Origin: an uncultured Poribacteria bacterium
GTDB taxonomy: Bacteria > Poribacteria > WGA-4E > WGA-3G
DNA: 64,000 nt
Assembly: GCA_958296135.2 (NCBI GenBank)
Contig: CATQHZ020000002.1
Span: 79,887-143,886, forward strand
Direction of reading: 5' to 3'
Position numbers and translations under genes: made by a program. Below are positions 1-9,622 of the stretch, piece after piece. Under the pieces are notes generated by a model that was not told the DNA's origin, did not search any database, and worked only from the letters and a program-made list of their open reading frames with translations. Position 1 is the first letter of the stretch; each line of letters begins with the position of its first letter.

Positions 1-466
1 AGCTTAAATTCTTAAGTTTACTACTTAAAGCAATTCTTAAGTTTTTGCCGCCCCACCCAACAGATGTAACATTCCAATACATGGATGCTCTACGTAAATC
101 ATCATATTGATTACCATTAAAATCTAATGATCCCTTTTTAAATCCATTATATGTATAATACCTTCTTTCTTCATACGAAAGAGGATAAAATTTTAACAGA
201 TCATCTATAACTAGATCAGCGTCATTAATCCAATACTTCCAAAAGTTAGCTAGTGGTTCAAAGAAATCGGATCCATGAACTTTAATATTAAGATCGGTTA
301 ATCTAAGTTCTAGACCGCCGCCACCAAAAAATGGCGATACTATTTCTTTTGTTCCTTTTGGCAAATATTTTAAAAAACAGGGATAGAAGTTCCGCTTACT
401 ACCCATATACTTTAACGGAGTCTCAATTGATGGAGACCCCAATAAATTTAATTGCTTGTCTTTCAT
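1..466 (-). CDS. Dam-like (D12 class) DNA adenine methyltransferase, partial (runs off the window start)
   Basis: Hand translation from ATG at 466 (RBS GAGG): MKDKQLNLLGSPSIETPLKYMGSKRNFYP...EIVSPFFGGGGLEL...GSDFFEPLANFW; paralog of 12895..13755; not in the ORF track. Confidence 0.85.
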   Translation of the reverse strand, partial: MKDKQLNLLGSPSIETPLKYMGSKRNFYPCFLKYLPKGTKEIVSPFFGGGGLELRLTDLNIKVHGSDFFEPLANFWKYWINDADLVIDDLLKFYPLSYEERRYYTYNGFKKGSLDFNGNQYDDLRRASMYWNVTSVGWGGKNLRIALSSKLKNLS

Positions 467-498
467 ATTCAACCTCAATATTTTTTTTAACTCTTTGT

Positions 499-570
499 TC
501 CTATATATAATATAGCCGATGGGGGGCTGTTATCAGAGCAGACAACCACTCTTTTTCGCCCCCAGACAAC
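499..570 (-). promoter_or_regulatory. Class-B upstream repeat, copy 1 (putative promoter/operator)
   Basis: TCCTATATATAATATAG..CGAT...TGTTATCAGA.CAGACAACC...TTTTTCGCCC recurs at 3983-4054; both copies lie just upstream of minus-strand genes. Confidence 0.65.
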
Positions 571-574
571 TAAC

Positions 575-2272
575 CTATTTTCTGATCACCATTTTCCTTG
601 TGGCTATAAAATTCTTAGTAATCAGCGTGTAAAAGTAAACTCCACTGGCTACTCGTTCTCCATATTCATTTTTGCCATCCCAATATGCCGCCCTTGATCT
701 ACTCATATAAACCCCGCTTGGCTGATGTCCAAGATCTAATGATCTGACAAGTTGCCCATTCACTCCATAGATTTCTATAGTCACATTGGTTGGTTCATCC
801 AATTCATATGGAATCCACGTTTCAGGATTAAACGGGTTTGGATAGTTAACGCCCAATGCGGCGTTAGTCACAAAAGTAGGTTGTTGAGGAGCCGCTCCAT
901 AACTCGATCTATCCTGACCGAATAACTGATCTCCCATATATTTAATGTCATTTATTACTTGTCGATACCTTATATTATCCTGTTTAATAAAATCATTCAT
1001 CGTTTCTTGAGCAATATATGGACCATTGTCATCAATTATTTCATCAATTATTTCTTCGATTTCTATAAACCCATCATTATGACATGTCATACAGCTTGTT
1101 CCATTAATAATTGGACTATTATCTGAAATATCATCTGGAGTATTATCTGGAATTGCAACAATATCAGTTGGAGCCTGTGGTAGCCTTACTCCTTTACTAT
1201 TAGTAATAAAATAAGCATGTAATCCATTTGGTAATGTGAATATCATTTCGCCGCCAGCATGTTCAAAATTTAATGGATGTTCAGCAATATTATTTATTCC
1301 AGTGCTATTATCAAAATCATATGATCTATAATAAACACCATTAGCGGCTTCTGATTTCATAAGAGGATACTTAAACGGAATTCGTTCAACTATTCTATTG
1401 TGGTAAGATACATTAGATTTACCTTCTGCTATTCCAACGACATCATATAATTTCTGGCTAGCAAATGGATTTGGAGTATAGAAAACAATTCCTCCAAGAG
1501 GTGAATACGGGATTGATGGAGATAATCTTTCATTAGTCAATTCATCTTCAGTATTTGGTAATCTTAATATATCATGATATAAAGGAGGTTTAGAAGCGTT
1601 TTCAAGAAACCAATCAATAGGAATAATCGGATATTTTGGTTGTGTTACCCCATCAACCATATCTAATATTTCATCATAAATAGAATTTGATTGATAAGAT
1701 CCATCATCTTGATAATGAGCTTCTAATAATTGCCAACTTGTAGATCCTGCAGGACCAAAAGAAGTTCGAACATTAATTGAAAAAATCATTCCATATGATC
1801 CATGAACTATTTCAGGATAAATAATTGTTGGTCTCCATGAAAAACGATTTAATAACTTAGTTAAATCTATAAAATCTGATTTTCTATTATTAGTCACAGT
1901 AAAATATCGTTTCCATTCTTGATCGTATCCATCACCATATTCTAAATCATCTTTAACAAGAGATAAAATTTCATTATCACTTAATTCATGCCAATCAGAA
2001 CTTCTAGAATCGACCCAATCTTGTATAGAGTCAATATCGGATTGATCTAATTCTGGTTTGCCTAATGGCATTACTCCAAACCCATCTACTCCATTAGTAA
2101 TCGCATTAGGAATTAAATTTACATTTCGATCTAAAAATTGATTATCATGACAACTACTACAATTCTTTTCAAGTATATTAGAAACTTCTTGTTCTATTTG
2201 TGCTGGCGATGGTCCAGCATTCAGTGACATACAAGCTGATAATGCCATAGCGCCAAGCGTCTTGAACTTCAT
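575..2272 (-). CDS. Secreted c-type cytochrome-domain protein (two CxxCH) with C-terminal FlgD-Ig/T9SS-A-like sorting domain
   Basis: Signal peptide MKFKTLGAMALSACMSLNA; CSSCH and CMTCH; HAGGEMIFTLPNGL motif; C-terminal NYPNPFNPETWIPY...YWDGKN...SGVYFY...RKMVIRK. Confidence 0.8.
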   Translation of the reverse strand: MKFKTLGAMALSACMSLNAGPSPAQIEQEVSNILEKNCSSCHDNQFLDRNVNLIPNAITNGVDGFGVMPLGKPELDQSDIDSIQDWVDSRSSDWHELSDNEILSLVKDDLEYGDGYDQEWKRYFTVTNNRKSDFIDLTKLLNRFSWRPTIIYPEIVHGSYGMIFSINVRTSFGPAGSTSWQLLEAHYQDDGSYQSNSIYDEILDMVDGVTQPKYPIIPIDWFLENASKPPLYHDILRLPNTEDELTNERLSPSIPYSPLGGIVFYTPNPFASQKLYDVVGIAEGKSNVSYHNRIVERIPFKYPLMKSEAANGVYYRSYDFDNSTGINNIAEHPLNFEHAGGEMIFTLPNGLHAYFITNSKGVRLPQAPTDIVAIPDNTPDDISDNSPIINGTSCMTCHNDGFIEIEEIIDEIIDDNGPYIAQETMNDFIKQDNIRYRQVINDIKYMGDQLFGQDRSSYGAAPQQPTFVTNAALGVNYPNPFNPETWIPYELDEPTNVTIEIYGVNGQLVRSLDLGHQPSGVYMSRSRAAYWDGKNEYGERVASGVYFYTLITKNFIATRKMVIRK

Positions 2273-2294
2273 AACATGGCTCCCACATGAGTTC

Positions 2295-2317
2295 GGGAGG
2301 GGAATTGAACCCCTCCC
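2295..2317 (-). terminator. Hairpin between 2325 ORF and cytochrome gene
   Basis: GGGAGGGG-AATTGAA-CCCCTCCC 8-bp stem; no strong U-tract. Confidence 0.45.
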
Positions 2318-2324
2318 AATGTTA

Positions 2325-2522
2325 CTAATAGTCTTGCGTAACTAGAAAGTTAATTTTATTTCGAAGCCCATCATATAAATCATTAATTTCTTTTTGTGAC
2401 TTACATTTATCTAGTTTTTGATCCGCAATAGCAAACTGATTAAGAATCTCTTTACGCATTACACCGATCACGGTTTTTGTTATCGGAATGTTATGATTTA
2501 AAAGCTCTGAATTTATACTCAT
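2325..2522 (-). CDS. Hypothetical protein
   Basis: 65-aa ORF in operon orientation with RBS. Confidence 0.6.
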   Translation of the reverse strand: MSINSELLNHNIPITKTVIGVMRKEILNQFAIADQKLDKCKSQKEINDLYDGLRNKINFLVTQDY

Positions 2523-2527
2523 TTTAA

Positions 2528-3244
2528 TTACTCCTTTGCATATTTAGCATCATAGTTTCTGATAACTCTTAACGCTTGTGCCAATTCCGCATTATCAGAT
2601 TCTAATTCTTCAACTTTATTTGTTAACGCTTCAACAAGTATTGTAAGATCATCATTATTATTATTCAATTCTTCGTTTTTACGTGTTAAAGATTCAACTT
2701 CCTCTAGAAGATCTTTATTATCATGTTCAGAATCTTCGAGTTTAAGAGTTAATTGGTTAATATTTGCTATTTGATTTTCGATTCGCTGATCTTTCGCTGC
2801 TAATTCTTTTTTGTGTTCTTGTTCTTTTTCAACTATTTCTGCGATCGCTTTTACTACTGATTGGACATCCATTTGTTCTTCTCCTGTATTTGGATTAGAA
2901 ATTAAATTAGAAACTTCATTTATTACATCGATATGATACTTACCATATCGATCTTCCATAAGTTTATCTGCATTATCCGTTAACTGATATTGACCCCAAC
3001 CAATTCGAGGTAGAATACCAAAAGTTTCAAGGTTGTTAATTGCCGAATCAAATACCGCTTCATGCCATTCGTCATAAATTACAGATATTTGATTAGCAAC
3101 ATTATGAACAATATCTTGTCGGTTGACGGTACCATCTCTAAATTTCTTAACTTCCAAATATATAAGGATATGTGTCGCTTTAGATCTTGAAGTTAAATTA
3201 AGAACCCTTATTTGCTCGTCTGTTAAACCTAGATCTTTAATCAT
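2528..3244 (-). CDS. Hypothetical protein, possible winged-helix N-terminus plus long coiled coil
   Basis: GGAGG RBS; heptad-rich C-terminal half; Mrr_N-like pattern (AINNLETFGIL..GWGQYQLT). Confidence 0.65.
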   Translation of the reverse strand: MIKDLGLTDEQIRVLNLTSRSKATHILIYLEVKKFRDGTVNRQDIVHNVANQISVIYDEWHEAVFDSAINNLETFGILPRIGWGQYQLTDNADKLMEDRYGKYHIDVINEVSNLISNPNTGEEQMDVQSVVKAIAEIVEKEQEHKKELAAKDQRIENQIANINQLTLKLEDSEHDNKDLLEEVESLTRKNEELNNNNDDLTILVEALTNKVEELESDNAELAQALRVIRNYDAKYAKE

Positions 3245-3255
3245 CTTTAACCTCC

Positions 3256-3552
3256 TTACAGGTTGAGCAGCATTTCGCTGCTCATGATTGGCGGTCCAAG
3301 ATCATAATCAACCTTGTCTCCCCACTCCAAATACTCTTCTTCTTCTTCATTAAGATCGATATTATGTTCTAGTTTGACGTTAATCGCATCAACAATATCG
3401 TCAAAATCATGCAAAATGATCTGTTCTTCAAGATAGCCACGATCAATATAATTAAGTTCGTCTTCCTTCATATCAACAATATCTTCAAAGGTAAATACTT
3501 CATGAAACTGTTCAAGTTCGATCTGATTCATATTATATAGTTTCTTACGCAT
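3256..3552 (-). CDS. Acidic hypothetical protein
   Basis: 98 aa, overlaps upstream stop, RBS GGAGG. Confidence 0.65.
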   Translation of the reverse strand: MRKKLYNMNQIELEQFHEVFTFEDIVDMKEDELNYIDRGYLEEQIILHDFDDIVDAINVKLEHNIDLNEEEEEYLEWGDKVDYDLGPPIMSSEMLLNL

Positions 3553-3943
3553 TTTTCTTATCCTCCAATTCTTGATATCGTTCCTGTTTCTTTAAAAGCT
3601 CTTCCAAATATTGTTCGCAAACCTCTTTATATTGTTCTAGATGACGTTCGCTACGATGCGATCGAGCCGCCAATGTAATTTCATATCGGAACAACCACAT
3701 CTTGAGACTATTTTCCCAAGTTTCGCCATAATTGCCTTCGCTTACATAATGTGGCCGAACCTCTTGTAAAAGCTCTATTCCTTCAGAGTGCAATACTTCC
3801 AAATTTTCGTCCAAAGTTCCTTCTTCAAATTCATTCAATAAATCTTCTACTTCATAAATCAGATCAGAACATTCCCATTTATCATTTGGAATTGGCAAAT
3901 CTTTCTGACCAGGAACTCGAGGACCATTTGTCCAGTTAACCAT
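3545..3943 (-). CDS. Acidic hypothetical protein
   Basis: 132 aa, first gene after class-B repeat. Confidence 0.65.
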   Translation of the reverse strand: MVNWTNGPRVPGQKDLPIPNDKWECSDLIYEVEDLLNEFEEGTLDENLEVLHSEGIELLQEVRPHYVSEGNYGETWENSLKMWLFRYEITLAARSHRSERHLEQYKEVCEQYLEELLKKQERYQELEDKKNA

Positions 3944-3982
3944 TTTTATTAACCCCTTAAATTTTTATTTTTTAATCATTTC

Positions 3983-4054
3983 TCCTATATATAATATAGG
4001 CGATTTGGCCTTGTTATCAGATCAGACAACCGAAAAATTTTTCGCCCAGCCAAC
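3983..4054 (-). promoter_or_regulatory. Class-B upstream repeat, copy 2
   Basis: Matches 499-570; flanked by imperfect GC hairpin 4056-4081. Confidence 0.65.
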
Positions 4055-4095
4055 AGGGAGAGGGGGTTGTTCCTCCCCTCCAAAAATTGAATTTA

Positions 4096-4371
4096 TTATT
4101 TGCTAGCCCTGATTTCAAAATCAGGCGATATTCGTATAATTCTATCAGACTTCGCTAAATCTCCATTTCTTATTTGATTTTCAGTAAATTCAGCACCGCT
4201 TTTAGCTTGATTTATGAATCCTTGATCGTGATTATATGAATCAATTATGAATTTAAGATCTTTAGTTGGATCAATACCATTATCCACAAGGGCTTTGATA
4301 CGTCCAATCTGCCACGCTAACGAATCCGCTCTTAGCATTTTTTGATTTAACCGTCGCATTTTCTTATCCAT
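4096..4371 (-). CDS. Hypothetical protein
   Basis: 91 aa with GGAGG RBS. Confidence 0.65.
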   Translation of the reverse strand: MDKKMRRLNQKMLRADSLAWQIGRIKALVDNGIDPTKDLKFIIDSYNHDQGFINQAKSGAEFTENQIRNGDLAKSDRIIRISPDFEIRASK

Positions 4372-4379
4372 TTAACCTC

Positions 4380-5528
4380 CTAAAAGAATGATACTTGTTG
4401 GTTTTTGTAAACCGTAGAAAAGATTTTAAATTGAGCATTACCATATTTTTCAAGTAATCCTACTTCAAGATCTCTATGCGTCCAACTTATTTGATCAAGC
4501 ATGCAAAAATTGTGCATTCTTCTATACAAATATCCTGGTATACCTTCTACGTTTGATTCTTTTTTTAATCGGCTAAGATCTTCACAAAACGGACATCTAT
4601 GATTTGTGACTTCCCGAGCCCATCTAAGTTTTTCTTCTGTCATATTGTCGTCTTCATTATCCCGAAGGAGACTACACGATATGCCACCAATATATGGAAA
4701 ATAAATCTTGCCAAGCCCAGCACCAATAATCGGAGTGCTTGCGTCAAAGGTCCTAATACCCAAATAGTGCAATATAAATACAGATCCTGGAGACGATATT
4801 CCTAAACAATGAATTCCAACTCCTTTCTTTTTTAATACTTTTTGTAATTCGTTTAACATAGTTAACGCAGCACCTCTTAATTGTCGTGGCGATCCAGGAT
4901 GCGTTAAGCATGATGCGGAATAAGATGCAAATTTACTCTTATCAAGCATTGGTTTATATGAATTATACATATAATCAATATCTTGATCCTTTCTTAAATG
5001 AAATACTGGTGCGACTTTACCTTGAATTTCTGGTTTTAAGCACTCAAAAAACTTAAGGGACGCTTCAATTGTATTGTTAATCTTTCTTTTATATCCGTCA
5101 TGATAAACATCAGACAGATTTGGCGGATGATCGGGCATAATGTAAATGTCCGCCCAATCATATTCGTTATAGAGTTCTTCATTGTGCTTCTGAAGATCAT
5201 CTAAATTAGAAATACCTCTACTCTTTAACGATCCTGTTAGAACTTGAAATCCCCCAGAATCAAACATTATATTATCAATTACGCCTTCGCCTTTTAACTC
5301 CTTAAGATAATCTAAAATGCCTTTATTTTTTCGTAAAGCCACAGGTGTTAAGAGCATATTTCTAAATGGTTTTGCTTTTGGCGTTCCTTGCCAATCATAA
5401 TTGTTAACCAAATCCATCGCAAATTCAACATGATCAGACATTACGTTTCTGGTTGGAGTACCAATCGCCTGAAAGAATGAACTTTTATGTCGTTTGAACC
5501 CGTCATTTTCTTCCTTAAGATCTACCAT
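4380..5528 (-). CDS. dpdA: TGT-fold guanine transglycosylase, DpdA-like (probable DNA 7-deazaguanine insertion)
   Basis: IMFDSGGFQ catalytic motif, IHCLG, FDAST, HxCPFC...HN Zn site; FolE/QueC/QueE in the same genome region; next to dnaE. Confidence 0.75.
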   Translation of the reverse strand: MVDLKEENDGFKRHKSSFFQAIGTPTRNVMSDHVEFAMDLVNNYDWQGTPKAKPFRNMLLTPVALRKNKGILDYLKELKGEGVIDNIMFDSGGFQVLTGSLKSRGISNLDDLQKHNEELYNEYDWADIYIMPDHPPNLSDVYHDGYKRKINNTIEASLKFFECLKPEIQGKVAPVFHLRKDQDIDYMYNSYKPMLDKSKFASYSASCLTHPGSPRQLRGAALTMLNELQKVLKKKGVGIHCLGISSPGSVFILHYLGIRTFDASTPIIGAGLGKIYFPYIGGISCSLLRDNEDDNMTEEKLRWAREVTNHRCPFCEDLSRLKKESNVEGIPGYLYRRMHNFCMLDQISWTHRDLEVGLLEKYGNAQFKIFSTVYKNQQVSFF

Positions 5529-5565
5529 TTATTACCTCTATATTTTTTAAGTCTTTTTGTCCCTC

Positions 5566-5608
5566 TATATTATTAAAATATTAAATTTTCAAGCCCAATT
5601 AAATCCAA
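5566..5608 (-). promoter_or_regulatory. Class-A 43-bp promoter repeat, copy 1
   Basis: Minus strand TTGGATTTAATTGGGCTTGAAAATTTAATATTTTAATAATATA; 8 copies, all intergenic. Confidence 0.8.
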
Positions 5609-5614
5609 TAAAAT

Positions 5615-8600
5615 TTAAAATTCAATAAAATTTTCAGCCCGTTTGTTCCTATTAGTAGGAATAACACATCCTTTTCCAAACAATTCCTCAATTTTGTCAA
5701 CGATCTTTGGATTGTAATCCAATTTATAGTCACTAGAACTTTGAGCAACTACTGTTCCATAATCGATAGTCTTCAAATGTAATACTAAGTTCTTATTACC
5801 CTGATAATCTTTAACTATTTGTTGTAATGATTCCAATTTTTCTTGGTTATCAATGTCAGGTTCTTGAATAACTACTTCGACTGTATCTATGAGTTTGCCT
5901 ATATCCTCTAGATTCATAATCCGATTAATAACTAATTGTTTAGTCTTCTTTCTAGAATCGGTTGATAGTGATCCGTGTACTAATGAAATCATTCCGCTTT
6001 CAACTTGATCAGAATACGATTGCCAAGTATTCGGAAACGCTACCGCATTAAGAGTTCCTTCTAGATCTTCTATTACCATAGAAGCCATTGATTCTTTCTT
6101 TCTAGTCTTAAACGGTTTAAGATCTGTAATCAATCCAACTAAATAAATATCATTTTTCCTATCTAAAGCGGTTACCGTATTAGAATTCGTAAAATTCTTT
6201 ATTATTTGTTTGTGCTGTTCCAATGGATGACCAGAAACATAGAATCCGAGTTGATCCTTTTCATTTTGGAGCTGTTCTATAATTGACCATGGTTCAACCT
6301 CTTTCATTGTGGCTACAGCTTTCGGACCGCTATCAAACATATCAAATAAATTAACTTGCCCTTGATCTTTATCAGATTTTGCACTTTCTGCAGTCTTCAT
6401 AACTAGATCAAGATTTTCCAGAAATTGTGCCCGATGACCATCAAACGAATCTAACGCTCCACACATGATTAAGTTTTGGATCGTCTTCTTACTAACCGTC
6501 TTTGTATCAACTCGCTCGCAAAAGTCTTCAAATGATTCGAATTTACCATCTTTTCTAGCATTAAGTATCTCTTCGATCGCGCTTTCACCAACATTACTAA
6601 TTGCAATTAATCCGAACAGAATAGAATCTTTGTCCACAGAAAAATGGCGTTGACTTCTATTGATATCTGGCGGCAACAATTTTATGGTTCTATCTAGAAA
6701 TTCTTCTAGGTTAACGCATTCATTCCTATACTTAATAAATTTATCGGTATTTGTATGCTCACCAGTCATCATCGCCGCCATAAATTCATGCGGATAATGA
6801 GTTTTTAAGTATGCCATTCTATAAGCTAGAATCGAATAAGCGACCGTATGACTTTTATTAAACGCATATTGACCAAACGGTTCCAAAATATCAAAAACTT
6901 GACTAGCTTTCTCTTCAGAAATTCCATTTTCTATAGCACCATCAACAAACTTTTCGCGCTGTTCCATTAGAAGCGGTTTATTCTTCTTACCCATTGCCGA
7001 TCTAAGCACATCAGCTTCACCCATTGTGAACCCAGCCATATCTCGAGCGATCTGCATTACCTGTTCCTGATAAACACAAACCCCATAAGTTCCTTCTAGA
7101 GCATCTTTTAACAGAGGATCTAAGTAAGTAATTGCTTCCCGACCATGCTTCCTATTAATAAATTGCTTCATCATTCCACTCTTCAGTGGTCCAGGTCGGT
7201 ATAATGCTGGAATTGCTACAAATTCCTCAAAACTTTCTGGTCGTAAATCAATTGTTACCTGTTTCATACCAGGCGATGTCTCTAATTGAAATAATCCTTG
7301 AAGTAATCCCTTTTGAATTAAATTAAAAGTTGGTTCATCATCAAACGGAATCTCAGTTAATATGATTTCTTTACCATGATTTTCTTTAATTAGTTCTAGG
7401 CAATCATAAACTTCAGTTAAACTCCTGATTCCGAGCGTATCAAACTTAATAATTCCAATATCTTCTACGGCTTTACCTTCATATTGTGTCGCTATTTGAT
7501 CGTTTCGATCCTTAAAAAGTGGAACATAATCTGTCAGAGGTCCATTTGACACCACAATAGCAGAGGCATGACAAGAAACATGGCGTTTCATTCCCTCCAC
7601 TTTCTGTGCTAAATCAATTAACTCTCGATTTTTTGGAAGTTCAGCCTCTTTTCTCAATGCAGAATTTTCTGATAATGCATCATCTATTGTAAACTTATTA
7701 GCAGATTCTGGAATTAAACTAGTAATCTTCTTAATTTGTTCGTTTGGTATTTCTAATGCTTTACCAACATTATTAATTGCCGCTTTTGCACTTAATGTTG
7801 AAAATGTTGCTACCTTTCCGACAGAATCATGCCCATATTTATCAACTAAATATTGGATTACATGTTCCCGCGCTCGATCCGAGAAATCAATATCAATATC
7901 TGGCGGACTAATTCTATCCAGATTTAGAAAACGTTCAAAAAAGCATCCATAATCCATCGGATTAAATGTAATTACATCAAGTGCGAAAAGCACCAAACTG
8001 CTACCACCACTACCACGAGCAGAAAGAGGATATCCTTTGCTATTAGCAAAGCGCACATAATCCCAAACAACCAAGAAATAACCGGCATACCCTGTTTTAG
8101 CAATGATTTCCAGTTCATAATCTAGCCGTTCCTTAATTTCGGTTGATAATTCCCCATATTTCTTTTTCAAACTTGTATAACAAAGTTCTTTTAGGTAAGA
8201 ATCATTAGTATGACCTTGAGGAACTTCGTATTCTGGCAGTAAATTATCTCCATAATCAAGCTCAATATTACAGCGTTCCGCAATCCGCATAGTATTTGTT
8301 AATGCTTCTTCCGGATACATCTTGAGAGCTTCTTTCATTTCGTCATAAGTTTTAAAATAGAAATGATTATCAAACATCATTCTATCTGTATCATTAACCG
8401 TCTTCTTCATTTGAATGCAAAGCAGAATATCATGCATATAATGATCTTCTCGATTCAGGTAATGACAGTCATTAGTTCCAACTATTGGTATATCGTATTC
8501 TTTTGCTAATTCATAAATAACTGGATAAGCTTGTTCTTCTTCTTTAATATAATGATTTTGCACTTCGGCATACAAATTGTCTTTGCCAAGCACATCGATT

Positions 8601-9076
8601 AACTGCTTAAAATTAGCAATACCCTTCTCTTTACTTGTGGATATAGCTTTCGGCACAAAGCCAGCAACACAACCAGTTAATCCAATGATTCCTTCATTGT
8701 GATCTCGAAGAATTTCCATATCGATTCGTGGTTTACTATAGAATCCTTCTGTATAGCCCACAGAAACCATCTTAAGTAGATTCTTATATCCAGTAGCATT
8801 TTCGGCAAGCAATGTTAAATGATATGGTGGTCCCTGTTCCTTGCCTCTAGTCTTTCTACTGCCTGGCGCGACATAAACTTCACAGCCAACAATTGGATTG
8901 ACACCCTTTTGCCGAGCCTTTGTCATGAAATCCCATGCAGTAAACATATTTCCATGATCTGTTAAACCCACAGCGGATGAGCTGTTTTGGACAGCCCAAT
9001 CCACCATGTCTTCGATCTTACAAGCACCATCAAGCAGACTTCCATCTGAATGATTATGTAAATGTATAAATTCCAT
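5615..9076 (-). CDS. dnaE: DNA polymerase III alpha subunit
   Basis: PHP HLHNHS/TDHG, ARGSGG, PPDIDIDF, KFDTLG, AFNKSH, OB fold, internal clamp motif QVNLF. Confidence 0.97.
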   Translation of the reverse strand: MEFIHLHNHSDGSLLDGACKIEDMVDWAVQNSSSAVGLTDHGNMFTAWDFMTKARQKGVNPIVGCEVYVAPGSRKTRGKEQGPPYHLTLLAENATGYKNLLKMVSVGYTEGFYSKPRIDMEILRDHNEGIIGLTGCVAGFVPKAISTSKEKGIANFKQLIDVLGKDNLYAEVQNHYIKEEEQAYPVIYELAKEYDIPIVGTNDCHYLNREDHYMHDILLCIQMKKTVNDTDRMMFDNHFYFKTYDEMKEALKMYPEEALTNTMRIAERCNIELDYGDNLLPEYEVPQGHTNDSYLKELCYTSLKKKYGELSTEIKERLDYELEIIAKTGYAGYFLVVWDYVRFANSKGYPLSARGSGGSSLVLFALDVITFNPMDYGCFFERFLNLDRISPPDIDIDFSDRAREHVIQYLVDKYGHDSVGKVATFSTLSAKAAINNVGKALEIPNEQIKKITSLIPESANKFTIDDALSENSALRKEAELPKNRELIDLAQKVEGMKRHVSCHASAIVVSNGPLTDYVPLFKDRNDQIATQYEGKAVEDIGIIKFDTLGIRSLTEVYDCLELIKENHGKEIILTEIPFDDEPTFNLIQKGLLQGLFQLETSPGMKQVTIDLRPESFEEFVAIPALYRPGPLKSGMMKQFINRKHGREAITYLDPLLKDALEGTYGVCVYQEQVMQIARDMAGFTMGEADVLRSAMGKKNKPLLMEQREKFVDGAIENGISEEKASQVFDILEPFGQYAFNKSHTVAYSILAYRMAYLKTHYPHEFMAAMMTGEHTNTDKFIKYRNECVNLEEFLDRTIKLLPPDINRSQRHFSVDKDSILFGLIAISNVGESAIEEILNARKDGKFESFEDFCERVDTKTVSKKTIQNLIMCGALDSFDGHRAQFLENLDLVMKTAESAKSDKDQGQVNLFDMFDSGPKAVATMKEVEPWSIIEQLQNEKDQLGFYVSGHPLEQHKQIIKNFTNSNTVTALDRKNDIYLVGLITDLKPFKTRKKESMASMVIEDLEGTLNAVAFPNTWQSYSDQVESGMISLVHGSLSTDSRKKTKQLVINRIMNLEDIGKLIDTVEVVIQEPDIDNQEKLESLQQIVKDYQGNKNLVLHLKTIDYGTVVAQSSSDYKLDYNPKIVDKIEELFGKGCVIPTNRNKRAENFIEF

Positions 9077-9549
9077 TAACCACTCCTAATAGGTTTTGGC
9101 AATCTAATAATTTCATTAATTGAGTCTGGATTATCAAAATATTCCTGAGTTATTTGCCAGAATTGTAGTCTTGGATATTCTATTCCATTATGATTAAAGC
9201 AACCCATTGATTTAGCTTCTTCTCTCATTCCAGTGCTAACTTTTTCCACAGTAATAAATACTCCGGCTATCGCATTATTTATGTTCATAGAATGACAAAA
9301 CGCTCTAATCTGAGCAAGCGTCGGTTTTCCAGATTTAACTTCTGCCATAACTGGACCTTTAGCTGATTCTAATCCTTCTGAAATCCATTCAGAATAGTGA
9401 CCAATACCATCAAATCCACCATCGGCAGAATTATTAGTTGGAGTTAGATTTAGTTTACTAACTGCCCAATCAGAAAAACTATGATAAAGCTTACTATTTA
9501 ACAGATCATTAAGTTCATTCATATTATCTGGATTTAATTGATTTTGCAT
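9076..9549 (-). CDS. Stand-alone Mrr-like PD-(D/E)xK domain, duplicate of the C-terminus of the upstream methyltransferase
   Basis: ADGGFDG...AEVKSGKPTLAQIRAF...QFWQITQEYFDNP nearly identical to the C-terminus of 9623..11185. Confidence 0.8.
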   Translation of the reverse strand: MQNQLNPDNMNELNDLLNSKLYHSFSDWAVSKLNLTPTNNSADGGFDGIGHYSEWISEGLESAKGPVMAEVKSGKPTLAQIRAFCHSMNINNAIAGVFITVEKVSTGMREEAKSMGCFNHNGIEYPRLQFWQITQEYFDNPDSINEIIRLPKPIRSG

Positions 9550-9622
9550 TATATCTCCTTAGTATTATTTTGTTTTAATTAGACAATATTACAGTGGGGA
9601 GTGAATATACACTCCCATAATT

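Noticed and set aside
5615-9076. Intein in DnaE
   Set aside because: Length (1153 aa) is normal and no intein boundary or LAGLIDADG block is visible
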